Shown: piece by piece, positions 29,087-38,392 of the stretch
Layout: the number at the start of each line of letters is the position of its first letter
Numbering within the stretch: the first letter of the stretch is position 1
Assembly: GCA_910584085.1 (NCBI GenBank)
Contig: CAJTZY010000007.1
Coordinates: 8,074 to 72,073, forward strand
DNA length: 64,000 bases
Direction: 5' to 3'
DNA from: an uncultured Bacilli bacterium
GTDB lineage: Bacteria > Bacillota_I > Bacilli_A > RF39 > UBA660
Made by a program: the position numbers and the translations under genes
Notes under the pieces: model-generated
What the model was told of the DNA's origin: nothing
The model's input: only the letters and a program-made list of their open reading frames with translations
Databases searched by the model: none

Positions 29087-29776
29087 TTATTTTAACTCAA
29101 AATATTCTAATATTTTATTACAATTTTTTTCATATAATTCTATTATTTCCTTATCAGTATCTTTCAAAAAAACATATTGATAATTTATTATATCCCTTAG
29201 TTTCAAAGATGCATTTTCATAATTCTTTAAAATTTTTATATCTTTTGAAATTTTAATATGACCATAAGGGATACTTGAATAAATATATGTGTTTTTTAAA
29301 TTAGGTCTAGATGCATTTTTAATAAATACTATATAATCTTCATTCATTTTTAATGGTGTGCTTCCACCTAAGTAATGTCCACTGAACCATCTCCAGTAAT
29401 AAAGAGAATCATATATTTTAATAACATCATTTATATTAAAATTTTCACCCTTAATAATTTTTTTTATTTTGCAATTATTAATAAGCCCTTTGCCATAAAA
29501 CACAGTGTTTGTATCCATAGTTATAACTAAAATGGCTTCAGCGTTTTTTACTAAATCATTAATACTATAATTAATTTCATCACTAATAATATTTTCTAGT
29601 TCAGTATATCCTGCATATTGAAGGTATTCATCTTTAATTATAGCCGAATAAAAAGCATTATCTAAGAATTCTTCGTAATCCATACTTTTATTATTATGTT
29701 TATAAAATATAATAATAAAAATTGATAAAATAAATATTAAAATCATTGATAGTATAAATATTTTTTTGATTTTCAT
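29087..29776 (-). CDS. N-terminally anchored extracytoplasmic protein of unknown function (last gene of ABC operon)
   Basis: A single N-terminal TM helix (IFILSMILIFILSIFIIIFY) and a ~200-aa soluble domain. Its start overlaps the ABC ATPase stop by 4 nt. Confidence 0.6.
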   Translation of the reverse strand: MKIKKIFILSMILIFILSIFIIIFYKHNNKSMDYEEFLDNAFYSAIIKDEYLQYAGYTELENIISDEINYSINDLVKNAEAILVITMDTNTVFYGKGLINNCKIKKIIKGENFNINDVIKIYDSLYYWRWFSGHYLGGSTPLKMNEDYIVFIKNASRPNLKNTYIYSSIPYGHIKISKDIKILKNYENASLKLRDIINYQYVFLKDTDKEIIELYEKNCNKILEYFELK

Positions 29777-30414
29777 AATTCTACTTCTCCAACAATCTTA
29801 CCACCGTCAATTTTATATATTTTATCACACAAAATTTTTAAATCGTCTTTATTATGACTAGCTATTAAGATTAATTTATCTTCATTTTTTAACTCAAGTA
29901 TAATTTTTCGAATATTCTCTATACTATTTTCATCAAGCCCATTCGTAGGTTCATCTAATATTATAATTTTTTGATTTTCCATTATTGCTTGTGCTATCCT
30001 TAATTTTTGCTTCATACCAAGTGAGTATTCTTTATATTTTTCTTTTTTTAAATTATCTAATCCAACCTTCTTTAAAACATCCTCTATATATTTAACATTT
30101 CTTTTATGATTTATTTCATATAGTAATGATAAATTTTCTAAACCATTTAAATGAGAATAAAACCCTGGATCTTCCAAAAGTAACCCAATATTACTTAAGT
30201 TATAATCTGAGTTAATTACTGATTTATTATCAATTATTATATCCCCACTAGTCGGATATATAAGCGTGGAAATTGCTCTAAATAACATAGTTTTACCAGA
30301 ACCATTTCTACCATAAAATCCATATACATTACCACTTTTAAGTTTTAAATTAATATTTTCTAATATTGTCTTATGTTTTATTATTTTATTATAATTTTTT
30401 ATCTCTAAAATCAT
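29773..30414 (-). CDS. ABC transporter ATP-binding protein
   Basis: Walker A GRNGSGKT, signature YSLGMKQK, Walker B IIILDEPTNGLD and an H-loop SH. At 213 aa it is the size of ABC-2/LanF-type ATPases. Confidence 0.9.
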   Translation of the reverse strand: MILEIKNYNKIIKHKTILENINLKLKSGNVYGFYGRNGSGKTMLFRAISTLIYPTSGDIIIDNKSVINSDYNLSNIGLLLEDPGFYSHLNGLENLSLLYEINHKRNVKYIEDVLKKVGLDNLKKEKYKEYSLGMKQKLRIAQAIMENQKIIILDEPTNGLDENSIENIRKIILELKNEDKLILIASHNKDDLKILCDKIYKIDGGKIVGEVEL

Positions 30415-31081
30415 TTTTTACACCTCCCAAATCTAATTTTAAATAAATCTTCTTTAGTATAAATATCATGAAAATTATTAAAATTACTGTTATATAGTTA
30501 ATATCATTATTAGTATATAAACTAATATATGGTATGAAATTATTTTTTTCTATAATTATTAAACTACTAATTATTATTATAATAACAATAATGTAAGAAT
30601 AAATATAATTATTAACAATTATTGATAAAAGTATTGTTAAAAGAATAATAAAAATGTTTTCTAAAATATATTTTAATATAAATATTACTAAAACATTTGA
30701 ATATTCAAATTCTACTTTTTGAAATAACCCAATAATAAAAAACTGTGAAAATAAAATAAATAAATTGCAAATAATGGAATACACTAAAAGATTAAAAATT
30801 GTTTTATTAAAAAATTTTCTTCTGTTTTTAAATCTAGTATCAAAATTTATAAATTTTATATAATATTTATAGGAAACTATAAATAAACTAATTAATATTG
30901 GCAATATCCAAATTAGATTAACAAATTGGCTAGATCCCCAAAAAATAACTAGTGATTTAAAAAAAACACAATATAAATCACTTGGAAGTGATGCTATATA
31001 GGTTAACTTTAAAAGGCAAATAATTATTATAAATAAGGTTATTATTAAAATATTACTAAAATTAATTTTCTTGATTTTCAT
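30389..31081 (-). CDS. polytopic membrane protein (putative ABC permease component 3)
   Basis: About 6 hydrophobic segments. It overlaps the upstream gene by 20 nt and the downstream ATPase gene by 26 nt. Confidence 0.6.
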   Translation of the reverse strand: MKIKKINFSNILIITLFIIIICLLKLTYIASLPSDLYCVFFKSLVIFWGSSQFVNLIWILPILISLFIVSYKYYIKFINFDTRFKNRRKFFNKTIFNLLVYSIICNLFILFSQFFIIGLFQKVEFEYSNVLVIFILKYILENIFIILLTILLSIIVNNYIYSYIIVIIIIISSLIIIEKNNFIPYISLYTNNDINYITVILIIFMIFILKKIYLKLDLGGVKNDFRDKKL

Positions 31082-31745
31082 TTTTTAAAAAATAATCCTT
31101 TCTAAAAGATTCATTTATAATTAGCCAAGTTGTAATGCAAATTATAATTAATATAAAAATCATAATATAAATATATCCATTATATATAGTAGGTAATATA
31201 AAAATGTAACTAAATTCAAAATAAATTTCACTAAATATTGAGAAACTTAAATGTTCTAAAATAAAATCAAACAAAGTAAACAATATTATAATACCACAGC
31301 TTGAAATTATTCTGTTTTTAATTTTTATATCTATTAATTTAACTAAATTCGATAGTAATATAGCAACTAATACAAAATTGATAACAATTTTTATAATATT
31401 ATTTATATTATTAATGAAATTATTAAAATTAAGGATAAAAATAGGAATATGAAGAAAAATAAATAGAATCAAAAAAAATAGAATTTCATTTTTTATAATA
31501 AATATAAAAAAATCAAAAAATGTTTTTTTTCTAACAATTATTACTGGATTGGAATAACTATTGTATAACATATTGCTAGCAAATATTATAAGTGAAAGCA
31601 ATATATATCTAGTAGGTACTAATGTTAATTTACCTATATATAAATTATAAAAATCCCTAGAAATGTCATATCCAATAAAATATCCAATGATAATTACTAT
31701 TATTATGCAACATATAAAAAATGGAGATAAAATCATTTTTCTCAT
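31062..31745 (-). CDS. polytopic membrane protein (putative ABC permease component 2)
   Basis: About 6 hydrophobic segments, with a 4-nt start/stop overlap with the upstream gene. Confidence 0.6.
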   Translation of the reverse strand: MRKMILSPFFICCIIIVIIIGYFIGYDISRDFYNLYIGKLTLVPTRYILLSLIIFASNMLYNSYSNPVIIVRKKTFFDFFIFIIKNEILFFLILFIFLHIPIFILNFNNFINNINNIIKIVINFVLVAILLSNLVKLIDIKIKNRIISSCGIIILFTLFDFILEHLSFSIFSEIYFEFSYIFILPTIYNGYIYIMIFILIIICITTWLIINESFRKDYFLKNENQEN

Positions 31746-32554
31746 ACTAATACATCCTTTTTGAATATATTTTTTAAAAATAGTAGCAAATTTATACTTA
31801 CTAATGTTACAGTTCCTATAAAATAATCCTTTACACTATATTGATTAAAAGGCTGTAAGAGATTAATGAAACTTAAATTTTCATATCCTATTTTTGGAAG
31901 TAGTAATTCTGATAGTATTAAGAATATTATTGGCACAAAATATATTGCAATACGGTGTTTTAGTAGGAATGAAGTAAGATATGAAAGCCCTGATAATAAT
32001 CCAAGTATTAATGATACAGCTATATTTATTAAAATCGTAAATAGTACTGGATTTGCTATTCTTATATTATCTAAAAAATATTTTTGTGAGTAATTCATAT
32101 AAAATGCTGGGCTTTGAAAATATTCAACACGATTTCCAGAACCATAAATTATTCTAAGTAATAGATAATTAAATAAAAATCCCAGAAATGAAATTATAAA
32201 TGTAACTAGTATAGAAAGTAAAAGTCTTGTTGCTATATTTCTTTTATAATTTAATCTTATATAAAGCAAATTTGTAATTTTATTTTTATTTTCTATATAG
32301 TTTGAATCAGCAAATATTAAGGAAAACACTATTGGAAACACTATTATAATCAAAACATTTAAAGTTATAAATGCATTATATAGAATAAACTGATATTCTG
32401 CTGAATAACTTTCTTCAATAAATGTATTTAATCTTATTGTTTCACCAACACACAATCCTACTTGTATTAAATTAATTAAAAATATAATTATTATTGCTAT
32501 ATAAAATTCTCTTCTTTTAAATAAATAATTAATATTAAATTTTAATTCCCTCAT
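31742..32554 (-). CDS. polytopic membrane protein, ABC-2-like (putative permease component 1)
   Basis: The topology is one TM helix, a large loop, then 5 TM helices, typical of ABC-2 permeases. The start is taken at MRELKF (32554) with an aaagg RBS. Confidence 0.6.
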   Translation of the reverse strand: MRELKFNINYLFKRREFYIAIIIIFLINLIQVGLCVGETIRLNTFIEESYSAEYQFILYNAFITLNVLIIIVFPIVFSLIFADSNYIENKNKITNLLYIRLNYKRNIATRLLLSILVTFIISFLGFLFNYLLLRIIYGSGNRVEYFQSPAFYMNYSQKYFLDNIRIANPVLFTILINIAVSLILGLLSGLSYLTSFLLKHRIAIYFVPIIFLILSELLLPKIGYENLSFINLLQPFNQYSVKDYFIGTVTLVSINLLLFLKNIFKKDVLV

Positions 32555-32615
32555 AACTACCTTTCTAATAATTATAAGAAGAAGATTCGCCACAAAATCT
32601 TCTAACTTATTTTAA

Positions 32616-33026
32616 TTATTGATAATTTAATGTTCCCTCTATTTGATTAGAATTTAAACTCCAATTATGATTACGAAATCTAGCCTGTACTATTGAACCT
32701 TGACCTAAATTATAAGCATATGGAATATTAAAATTTTTGCCAACATCATCGACAACCACGCCGCTAGCATAACTTCCCCATTTACCTTCTGTCTTCCAAG
32801 CTCTAGCACTAAAAGTAACTGCTGAAGGATCTTTTTTTGATAAATTTACTATTCCATAATCAGATGTTTTACTTTTTACCCCCGATGGAAGAGTTACATA
32901 ACCTTGAGCAGTTGGAACAGCATGATTAATTTCAATTTGCGTAGCTGAAGCATTTAAAGTTAAAACTAAAGCAAATACAACAATTCCAAATAATGAAAAT
33001 CTAAAAAATTTTTTTTCTTTTTTCAT
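32616..33026 (-). CDS. exported protein of unknown function (first gene of ABC operon)
   Basis: Strong RBS gaggagg, then MKKEKKFFRFSLFGIVVFALVLTLNASA|TQ (a Sec signal with an ASA cleavage site). The mature ~110 aa look beta-rich and are Gly/Ser/Asn-rich. Confidence 0.75.
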   Translation of the reverse strand: MKKEKKFFRFSLFGIVVFALVLTLNASATQIEINHAVPTAQGYVTLPSGVKSKTSDYGIVNLSKKDPSAVTFSARAWKTEGKWGSYASGVVVDDVGKNFNIPYAYNLGQGSIVQARFRNHNWSLNSNQIEGTLNYQ

Positions 33027-33080
33027 AAAATACCTCCTCGTAATACTTAACAAAACAGACTTTTATAAATTAATGGCTTT

Positions 33081-33110
33081 TTTATAAAACATTGCATGCA
33101 CAATTTGTCA
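33081..33110 (-). promoter_or_regulatory. putative SigA-type promoter of the six-gene operon
   Basis: Minus strand TGACAA-N18-TATAAA, with the spacer containing the palindrome TGCATGCA. It lies ~55 nt upstream of the ATG at 33026. Confidence 0.3.
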
Positions 33111-33294
33111 CATCTTGTTAATACGATTATAATATTACAGCTTTTACTTATTCAAGTAATTTAACACAAAATGGTCATTTATATGTATAAAATCATAATA
33201 ATTGATTTTTTATATGGCAAAATATGTATTTTATACAGTTATTTTACCATTTCACGTGCATTTATGTCTAACATAACCATTATACTATTTATCC

Positions 33295-33330
33295 ATAAAA
33301 AAGTACAGGAATTTTTAAATTTCCTGTACT
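33295..33330 (-). terminator. intrinsic terminator of the RNase J gene
   Basis: A 10-bp stem AGTACAGGAA/TTCCTGTACT that includes the last codons and the stop, followed on the minus strand by a T-run. Confidence 0.7.
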
Positions 33331-34958
33331 ACAATAATTATCATAGGCTTACTTTCAGTTTCTTTATATAAGTATTTCCCTAACTTATCTCTTATATCAA
33401 GTTTTAATTTATTGTAATCTATATAATTATCCTTAATATTGTTGATTATCACATCTGATACTATTTTTTCAGATTCTTTAATTAAATCTATATTATCTTT
33501 AACATATATAAATCCTTTAGATATTATATTTGGTTTATTTATAATTGTTCTTGTTTTTTTGTCTATATTGGCATTTACTATTACAATACCACTATCACTT
33601 AACATTTCCCTATCCTTAAGTACTAAGTCTCCAATATCTCCAACAGTTTTACCATCTATTAGTATATCTTCAACTTTAACTTTATCATTATTAGAAACTA
33701 GATTCCCGTTTTTAAATGTTGCAACTTCACCATTTAAATTTAATAATATATTTTCTTCTGGTATATTTAAAATTCTAGCCAAATTAGCATTTTCTACTTG
33801 ATGTCTATATTCACCAGTTACTGGAAAATAATATTTTGGATTCATTAAATTTATCATAAGCATTAGATCTTGACTAGATGCATGTGGAGATAAAAACTTA
33901 TTTGATAATGTTACAAGTTTTGAACCAACTTTCGCAATTTTATTAAATATCGTGGTTGCTGTTATTTCTGATCCTTCATATAAAGGTGAAAGCATTACAA
34001 CTGTATCAGATTCAGTAAGTGTTACAAACTTATCTGAATTTCTAAGTATCCTTTTTAAATTTGAATAAGGTTTTTCTCTTTCGTTAGAAATAATTACACA
34101 TATTCCTTCATCATTTACATGATTAATTGGTAATATTTTATCTTTATCAAATTTTATGTAATTTAATTCTATTCCTTTTAAGATTATATTTTCTAAAGAT
34201 TTACCCATAATTACTACTTTTCTATTAGCTTTATATATTTCATTAAATAATTCCTGTATTCTATATATTTGGGTTTCAAAAATATTAAAGAATATTCTAC
34301 CATCGTTTTCATCAATAGTATTTCTAATTATAGAACTTGCCTGGTGATTTGGTGAGGTAAAACCTTGTCTACCAGCATAGATAGATTCATTCATAAGACA
34401 CAATACACCTTGTTTTCCAACATATGCAAGTTTACCTATATCCATACTATATGGGCCATCCATCGATGGATCAAATAAGTAATTTCCAGTAAATACAATA
34501 GCTCCATCTTTTGTATTTAAAACATATAAATAACTATCTGGTAGGGCATGCGAAACTTGTATAGGAAATACATTACATTCTCCAAAATTTATGGCTTTAT
34601 GTGGTTTAATTTCTACTAAATTTGCTTTTTTTATACCACTTTCATTTAAATCTTGCTTAATTATCTCTAATGTAAATTTACCCCCATATATTTTAATATC
34701 AGGTATATCTATTAGTATATCTGAAATCGCACCCATTTGCTCATCGTGTCCATGCGTTATAAATATTCCAACTATTCTATCCTTATTTTCTATTAAATAA
34801 TCATAATTTGGTATAATGTAGTCTACTCCAAGTAATTTATCATCAGCATATTTAAGTCCCGCCTCAAATATAAATATTTTTTTATCTACTTCAACTACAT
34901 ACATGTTTTTACCTATTTCATTTTGTCCACCTAAGGCAAAAATATTTATTTTACTCAT
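33315..34958 (-). CDS. rnj: ribonuclease J family protein with degenerate metal-binding motifs (J2-like)
   Basis: The metallo-beta-lactamase/beta-CASP architecture with NIFALGGQNEIGKNMYVVE is clear. However, motif 2 reads HGHDEQ, motif 4 reads TGNYLFD, and the C-terminal motif reads TGEYRH. The start is at MSKINIF (34958), preceded by aaaggag. Confidence 0.88.
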   Translation of the reverse strand: MSKINIFALGGQNEIGKNMYVVEVDKKIFIFEAGLKYADDKLLGVDYIIPNYDYLIENKDRIVGIFITHGHDEQMGAISDILIDIPDIKIYGGKFTLEIIKQDLNESGIKKANLVEIKPHKAINFGECNVFPIQVSHALPDSYLYVLNTKDGAIVFTGNYLFDPSMDGPYSMDIGKLAYVGKQGVLCLMNESIYAGRQGFTSPNHQASSIIRNTIDENDGRIFFNIFETQIYRIQELFNEIYKANRKVVIMGKSLENIILKGIELNYIKFDKDKILPINHVNDEGICVIISNEREKPYSNLKRILRNSDKFVTLTESDTVVMLSPLYEGSEITATTIFNKIAKVGSKLVTLSNKFLSPHASSQDLMLMINLMNPKYYFPVTGEYRHQVENANLARILNIPEENILLNLNGEVATFKNGNLVSNNDKVKVEDILIDGKTVGDIGDLVLKDREMLSDSGIVIVNANIDKKTRTIINKPNIISKGFIYVKDNIDLIKESEKIVSDVIINNIKDNYIDYNKLKLDIRDKLGKYLYKETESKPMIIIVVQEI

Positions 34959-35029
34959 ATTAACTCCTTTCTTTTTAGTTAAATGCCCCATAATTATAAC
35001 ATTATAAAAGAAAAAAAGCAATTAAATTG

Positions 35030-35497
35030 CTATTTAACCATTTCATATTCTATAGATGTTACTTCACTTAGACTTCTATCAACATTAAATGTTGTTTCTT
35101 TTGTTTCACCTGCTTTAATTGTATCATATATAGGAACGTTTGCAAATTCTCCATCACCTAATACATTTTTCCCATCTTTATCTTTTAGGAAAGCCTTAAA
35201 ATATTCAACAGTTATATCTGAAGAAGTATTATTTTTTGCTTTTAATGTTACTGATGTAGTATATGCAGTTGTAACAAATTTTACATCAGATAAAGTAATT
35301 CCCTCAACTGTTTGATCACTCACAACACCTTTACTATTGTTTACCTCTTCTTTTAATGTACCATCTTCATTAATTTCACTTTGTAGCTTGTCCTTTTCTT
35401 TTTCTTCAGGTGTTTTCTCTTCTTTAGTACATCCACATCCTGTTATTAAACTTAAACCAACTAAAGACATTAAAGATATTTTTAATACATTTTTCAT
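35030..35497 (-). CDS. hypothetical lipoprotein
   Basis: A signal peptide with lipobox LITGC, then an acidic linker and a beta-rich ~100-aa domain. Confidence 0.7.
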   Translation of the reverse strand: MKNVLKISLMSLVGLSLITGCGCTKEEKTPEEKEKDKLQSEINEDGTLKEEVNNSKGVVSDQTVEGITLSDVKFVTTAYTTSVTLKAKNNTSSDITVEYFKAFLKDKDGKNVLGDGEFANVPIYDTIKAGETKETTFNVDRSLSEVTSIEYEMVK

Positions 35498-35572
35498 TTT
35501 TTTCTACCTCTTTCCATAATTTTTGATAAGTTCTCTATCCTATCTAATGTAATTGTATCATCATTTTCATAA

Positions 35573-36286
35573 TTAATCAAGATTTTTATTTAGATTATCA
35601 TCAAATAAATCAAAATATTCACCACTATCTAGATATAATATACCCTTTTTATTATCAAATGTCTTAATCATATCTATATATCTATTAATAGTTAAAAATT
35701 TATATATAGTAAGATAAACATAATTTCCATCATTCATAAGTATAAAGAATCTCTCACTATCTACATCATTCGGCTTATATTCTATTTCAGACATTCTATA
35801 TAAAATATCTTTATTTATACTCTCCACCTTTTTTAAAAATTTATCATAGATAGTATTTGGAATTTTATTTATAACTGTAGGTACTAAAAGTTTATTCTTT
35901 ATTTTAGTACCATCATATAATACAGTTTTATTTTCTGGTAAGTAGTAAAATAATGGATAATTTTCCTTTACTTTAATATAAACTCTATTAAATATACCCT
36001 TTTTATATACATGCGCTGACAATATAAAATCATTTTTTTCTAATTTCTTCTTAATATTAAAAGATAAATTTTTAATACTAGTTGGATAATCTTTTAAACC
36101 CGATATATCTATTATTTCTTGATCTGATAAATACTCATTACCTGTTATATATATATTAGTTATACGAATTGTAAATAATCTATATATTAAAAATATCAAT
36201 ATAAGAATAAAAAGAAAAAATAATATAACTCTTTTTTTATTTAATTTTCTCTTATGTATACTTTTCTTTTTATTCTTTTTTGACAT
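35573..36286 (-). CDS. divIB: cell division protein DivIB/FtsQ
   Basis: A basic N-terminus, one TM helix and a POTRA-like segment (ITNIYITGNEYLSDQEIIDISGL). It lies downstream of murB. Confidence 0.8.
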   Translation of the reverse strand: MSKKNKKKSIHKRKLNKKRVILFFLFILILIFLIYRLFTIRITNIYITGNEYLSDQEIIDISGLKDYPTSIKNLSFNIKKKLEKNDFILSAHVYKKGIFNRVYIKVKENYPLFYYLPENKTVLYDGTKIKNKLLVPTVINKIPNTIYDKFLKKVESINKDILYRMSEIEYKPNDVDSERFFILMNDGNYVYLTIYKFLTINRYIDMIKTFDNKKGILYLDSGEYFDLFDDNLNKNLD

Positions 36287-36294
36287 ATTATCAC

Positions 36295-37191
36295 CTATTC
36301 TACAAATTCTTGTTCAACTTTTAATTCTATATCATATTTTTTCTTTACTTCAGTTTTTATATTAGTTATTAGTTCTTTTACTTCCTCACCAGTGGCATTT
36401 CCACTATTAATTATAAAGTTAGCATGTTTTTCACTTACTTTAGCACCACCTATTGATTTACCTTTATATCCTATTTCTTCTATAAGTTTACCAGCAAAAT
36501 TACCTTCAGGATTTCTAAATACACTTCCGGCTGATGGATATTCGAGTGGTTGTGTTTCTATCCTTCTTAATTTTCTTTCATTAATTAATTCCATTATTTC
36601 TTCTGAATTTCCTTTAAGTAGAGTTATAGTTGCTTCCAAACATACATAATCACGATTTTTCTGTAAAAATGAAGTTCTATAATGAAAATCTAAATCTTTA
36701 TTATATAATGTTTTTATTTGATAATCAGGGGTTAAAACTTTAACACTAGTAACAATGTAACCCATGTCACTTTTATAAGCACCAGCATTCATATATACTG
36801 CGCCACCAATGGTACCTGGAATACCAGTTGCAAATTCCATTCCAGTAAGACCTAATCTTGATACTCTAAGGGCTAGTTTATTTAACATATATCCCGCACC
36901 AACTACTATTTTATTATTAATTATTTTTAAATTATTAAAATTATCTAATTTAATTATAACACCATCATAGCCTGAATCGTTAAATATAACGTTTGACCCA
37001 TTACCTAAAATTTTATATTTGATATTGTTGTTTCTTAAATATTTTAATAGAGTTATTAATCCACTTTCATCATCTGGTGTAACTAAGCAAATAGCCATAC
37101 CACCAACTTTATATGTAGTATAATTTTTCATTAAAATATTTTCTGTAACTTTACCAACATGTAATTTTTTTATTTCTTTTGCAATAGTCAT
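36295..37191 (-). CDS. murB: UDP-N-acetylenolpyruvoylglucosamine reductase
   Basis: An FAD-binding segment (YKVGGMA...ILGNGSNV), GIPGTIGGAVYMNAGAY and SAGSVFRNP. Confidence 0.95.
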   Translation of the reverse strand: MTIAKEIKKLHVGKVTENILMKNYTTYKVGGMAICLVTPDDESGLITLLKYLRNNNIKYKILGNGSNVIFNDSGYDGVIIKLDNFNNLKIINNKIVVGAGYMLNKLALRVSRLGLTGMEFATGIPGTIGGAVYMNAGAYKSDMGYIVTSVKVLTPDYQIKTLYNKDLDFHYRTSFLQKNRDYVCLEATITLLKGNSEEIMELINERKLRRIETQPLEYPSAGSVFRNPEGNFAGKLIEEIGYKGKSIGGAKVSEKHANFIINSGNATGEEVKELITNIKTEVKKKYDIELKVEQEFVE

Positions 37192-37193
37192 AC

Positions 37194-38276
37194 TTATTTC
37201 TCCACTATCATTTTCTTTATGTTTTCATAAATAATTGTCGCACTGTTATCTATACCAAGTGCTCCTAAATTTTTCTTCATGTTTTTAATTTTTTCTTCAT
37301 TATTAATAATCTCATCGACTTTTCTAACTATAATATCGCCAGTTAACTCTTTTTCCTCGATTAAAACTGCAGAATTAGAGTTTACTAAATCTAGGGCATT
37401 TTTATACTGATGATTATTTGGAACATATGGGCTTGGTATTAATATTGATGGTATTTTAAGGGCGATTATCTCACTTAAAGTAGATGCTCCCGCACGAGTA
37501 ACCATTAAATCCGTATTTTTCATAAGCCTTGTCATATTTTCTATATATGGTACTACTTTTACATTACTTGGAAATTTATTTTTCCTAATCTCGTCATAAT
37601 CTTTATTTCCAGTTACATATAATATTTCATAATCTTTACCATTAAATAAATTCATAGATTTTACTAGAAATTCATTTACTTTAGATGCACCTAGTGAGCC
37701 CATTACAAATAATACTAATTTTTTATTTTTAGATAAACCAAATTCACTTTTTTCCATTGGTAATTTCTTTATCGCATCTTCGCTACATGGATTTCCTGTA
37801 AATATTGTTTTATCTTTAGGAAATTCATTTATACTTGATTTAAATGATACGCCAATTAAATCTACAAAACGAGATAAAGATAAATTTGCTTTTCCTGCTA
37901 CACTATTTTGTTCATGAATAAATGTTTTAACACCTAGTGAATGGGCAGCTTGAATTACAGGAACTGTAACATAACCTCCAACGCCTATAGCAACATCTGG
38001 TTTAAATTCTTTAATCATTTTTTTACATTTACTTTTACTAGTAATTAAACATTTAATAGTTTTAAAATTTTTAAATAAATTTCTTCTATTAAACCCATAT
38101 ATTTCTATACTTTTAAATGGAATATTATACTTAGGTACAATATCCTTTTCCATTCTATTATGTGTTCCAATATATAAAAATTCACTATTTGGTTCCATTT
38201 CTTTTATTTTATTTACTATAGCAAGTGCTGGATAAATATGCCCACCAGTTCCACCTGCACTAATGACTACTTTCAT
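37194..38276 (-). CDS. murG: undecaprenyldiphospho-muramoylpentapeptide beta-N-acetylglucosaminyltransferase
   Basis: GGTGGHIYPALA at the N-terminus, VTRAGASTLSE, and its position in the dcw cluster. Confidence 0.95.
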   Translation of the reverse strand: MKVVISAGGTGGHIYPALAIVNKIKEMEPNSEFLYIGTHNRMEKDIVPKYNIPFKSIEIYGFNRRNLFKNFKTIKCLITSKSKCKKMIKEFKPDVAIGVGGYVTVPVIQAAHSLGVKTFIHEQNSVAGKANLSLSRFVDLIGVSFKSSINEFPKDKTIFTGNPCSEDAIKKLPMEKSEFGLSKNKKLVLFVMGSLGASKVNEFLVKSMNLFNGKDYEILYVTGNKDYDEIRKNKFPSNVKVVPYIENMTRLMKNTDLMVTRAGASTLSEIIALKIPSILIPSPYVPNNHQYKNALDLVNSNSAVLIEEKELTGDIIVRKVDEIINNEEKIKNMKKNLGALGIDNSATIIYENIKKMIVEK

Positions 38277-38392
38277 ATAATCACTCCTACTTTATTATAC
38301 CATAATTATATTCAATTACAATAATTAATATATGTTAAAAGACTCAAATAACGTAAAATGAGTCTTCCCTTGCCATAATTTAAAAATTCATA

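Noticed and set aside
32616-33026. Whether the exported protein is a lactococcin 972-family bacteriocin, given the exported protein plus membrane protein plus ABC ATPase layout.
   Set aside because: The mature protein is about twice the size. By eye it shares none of the remembered Lcn972 features (for example the aromatic ...YYNFW end). The analogy is kept only at the architectural level.
33171-33371. Plus-strand 66-aa ORF in the gap between the exported-protein operon and rnj.
   Set aside because: It has no RBS. It runs through the rnj terminator hairpin and into the rnj 3' end, and its sequence is low-complexity. The gap is better explained as promoter region plus terminator.
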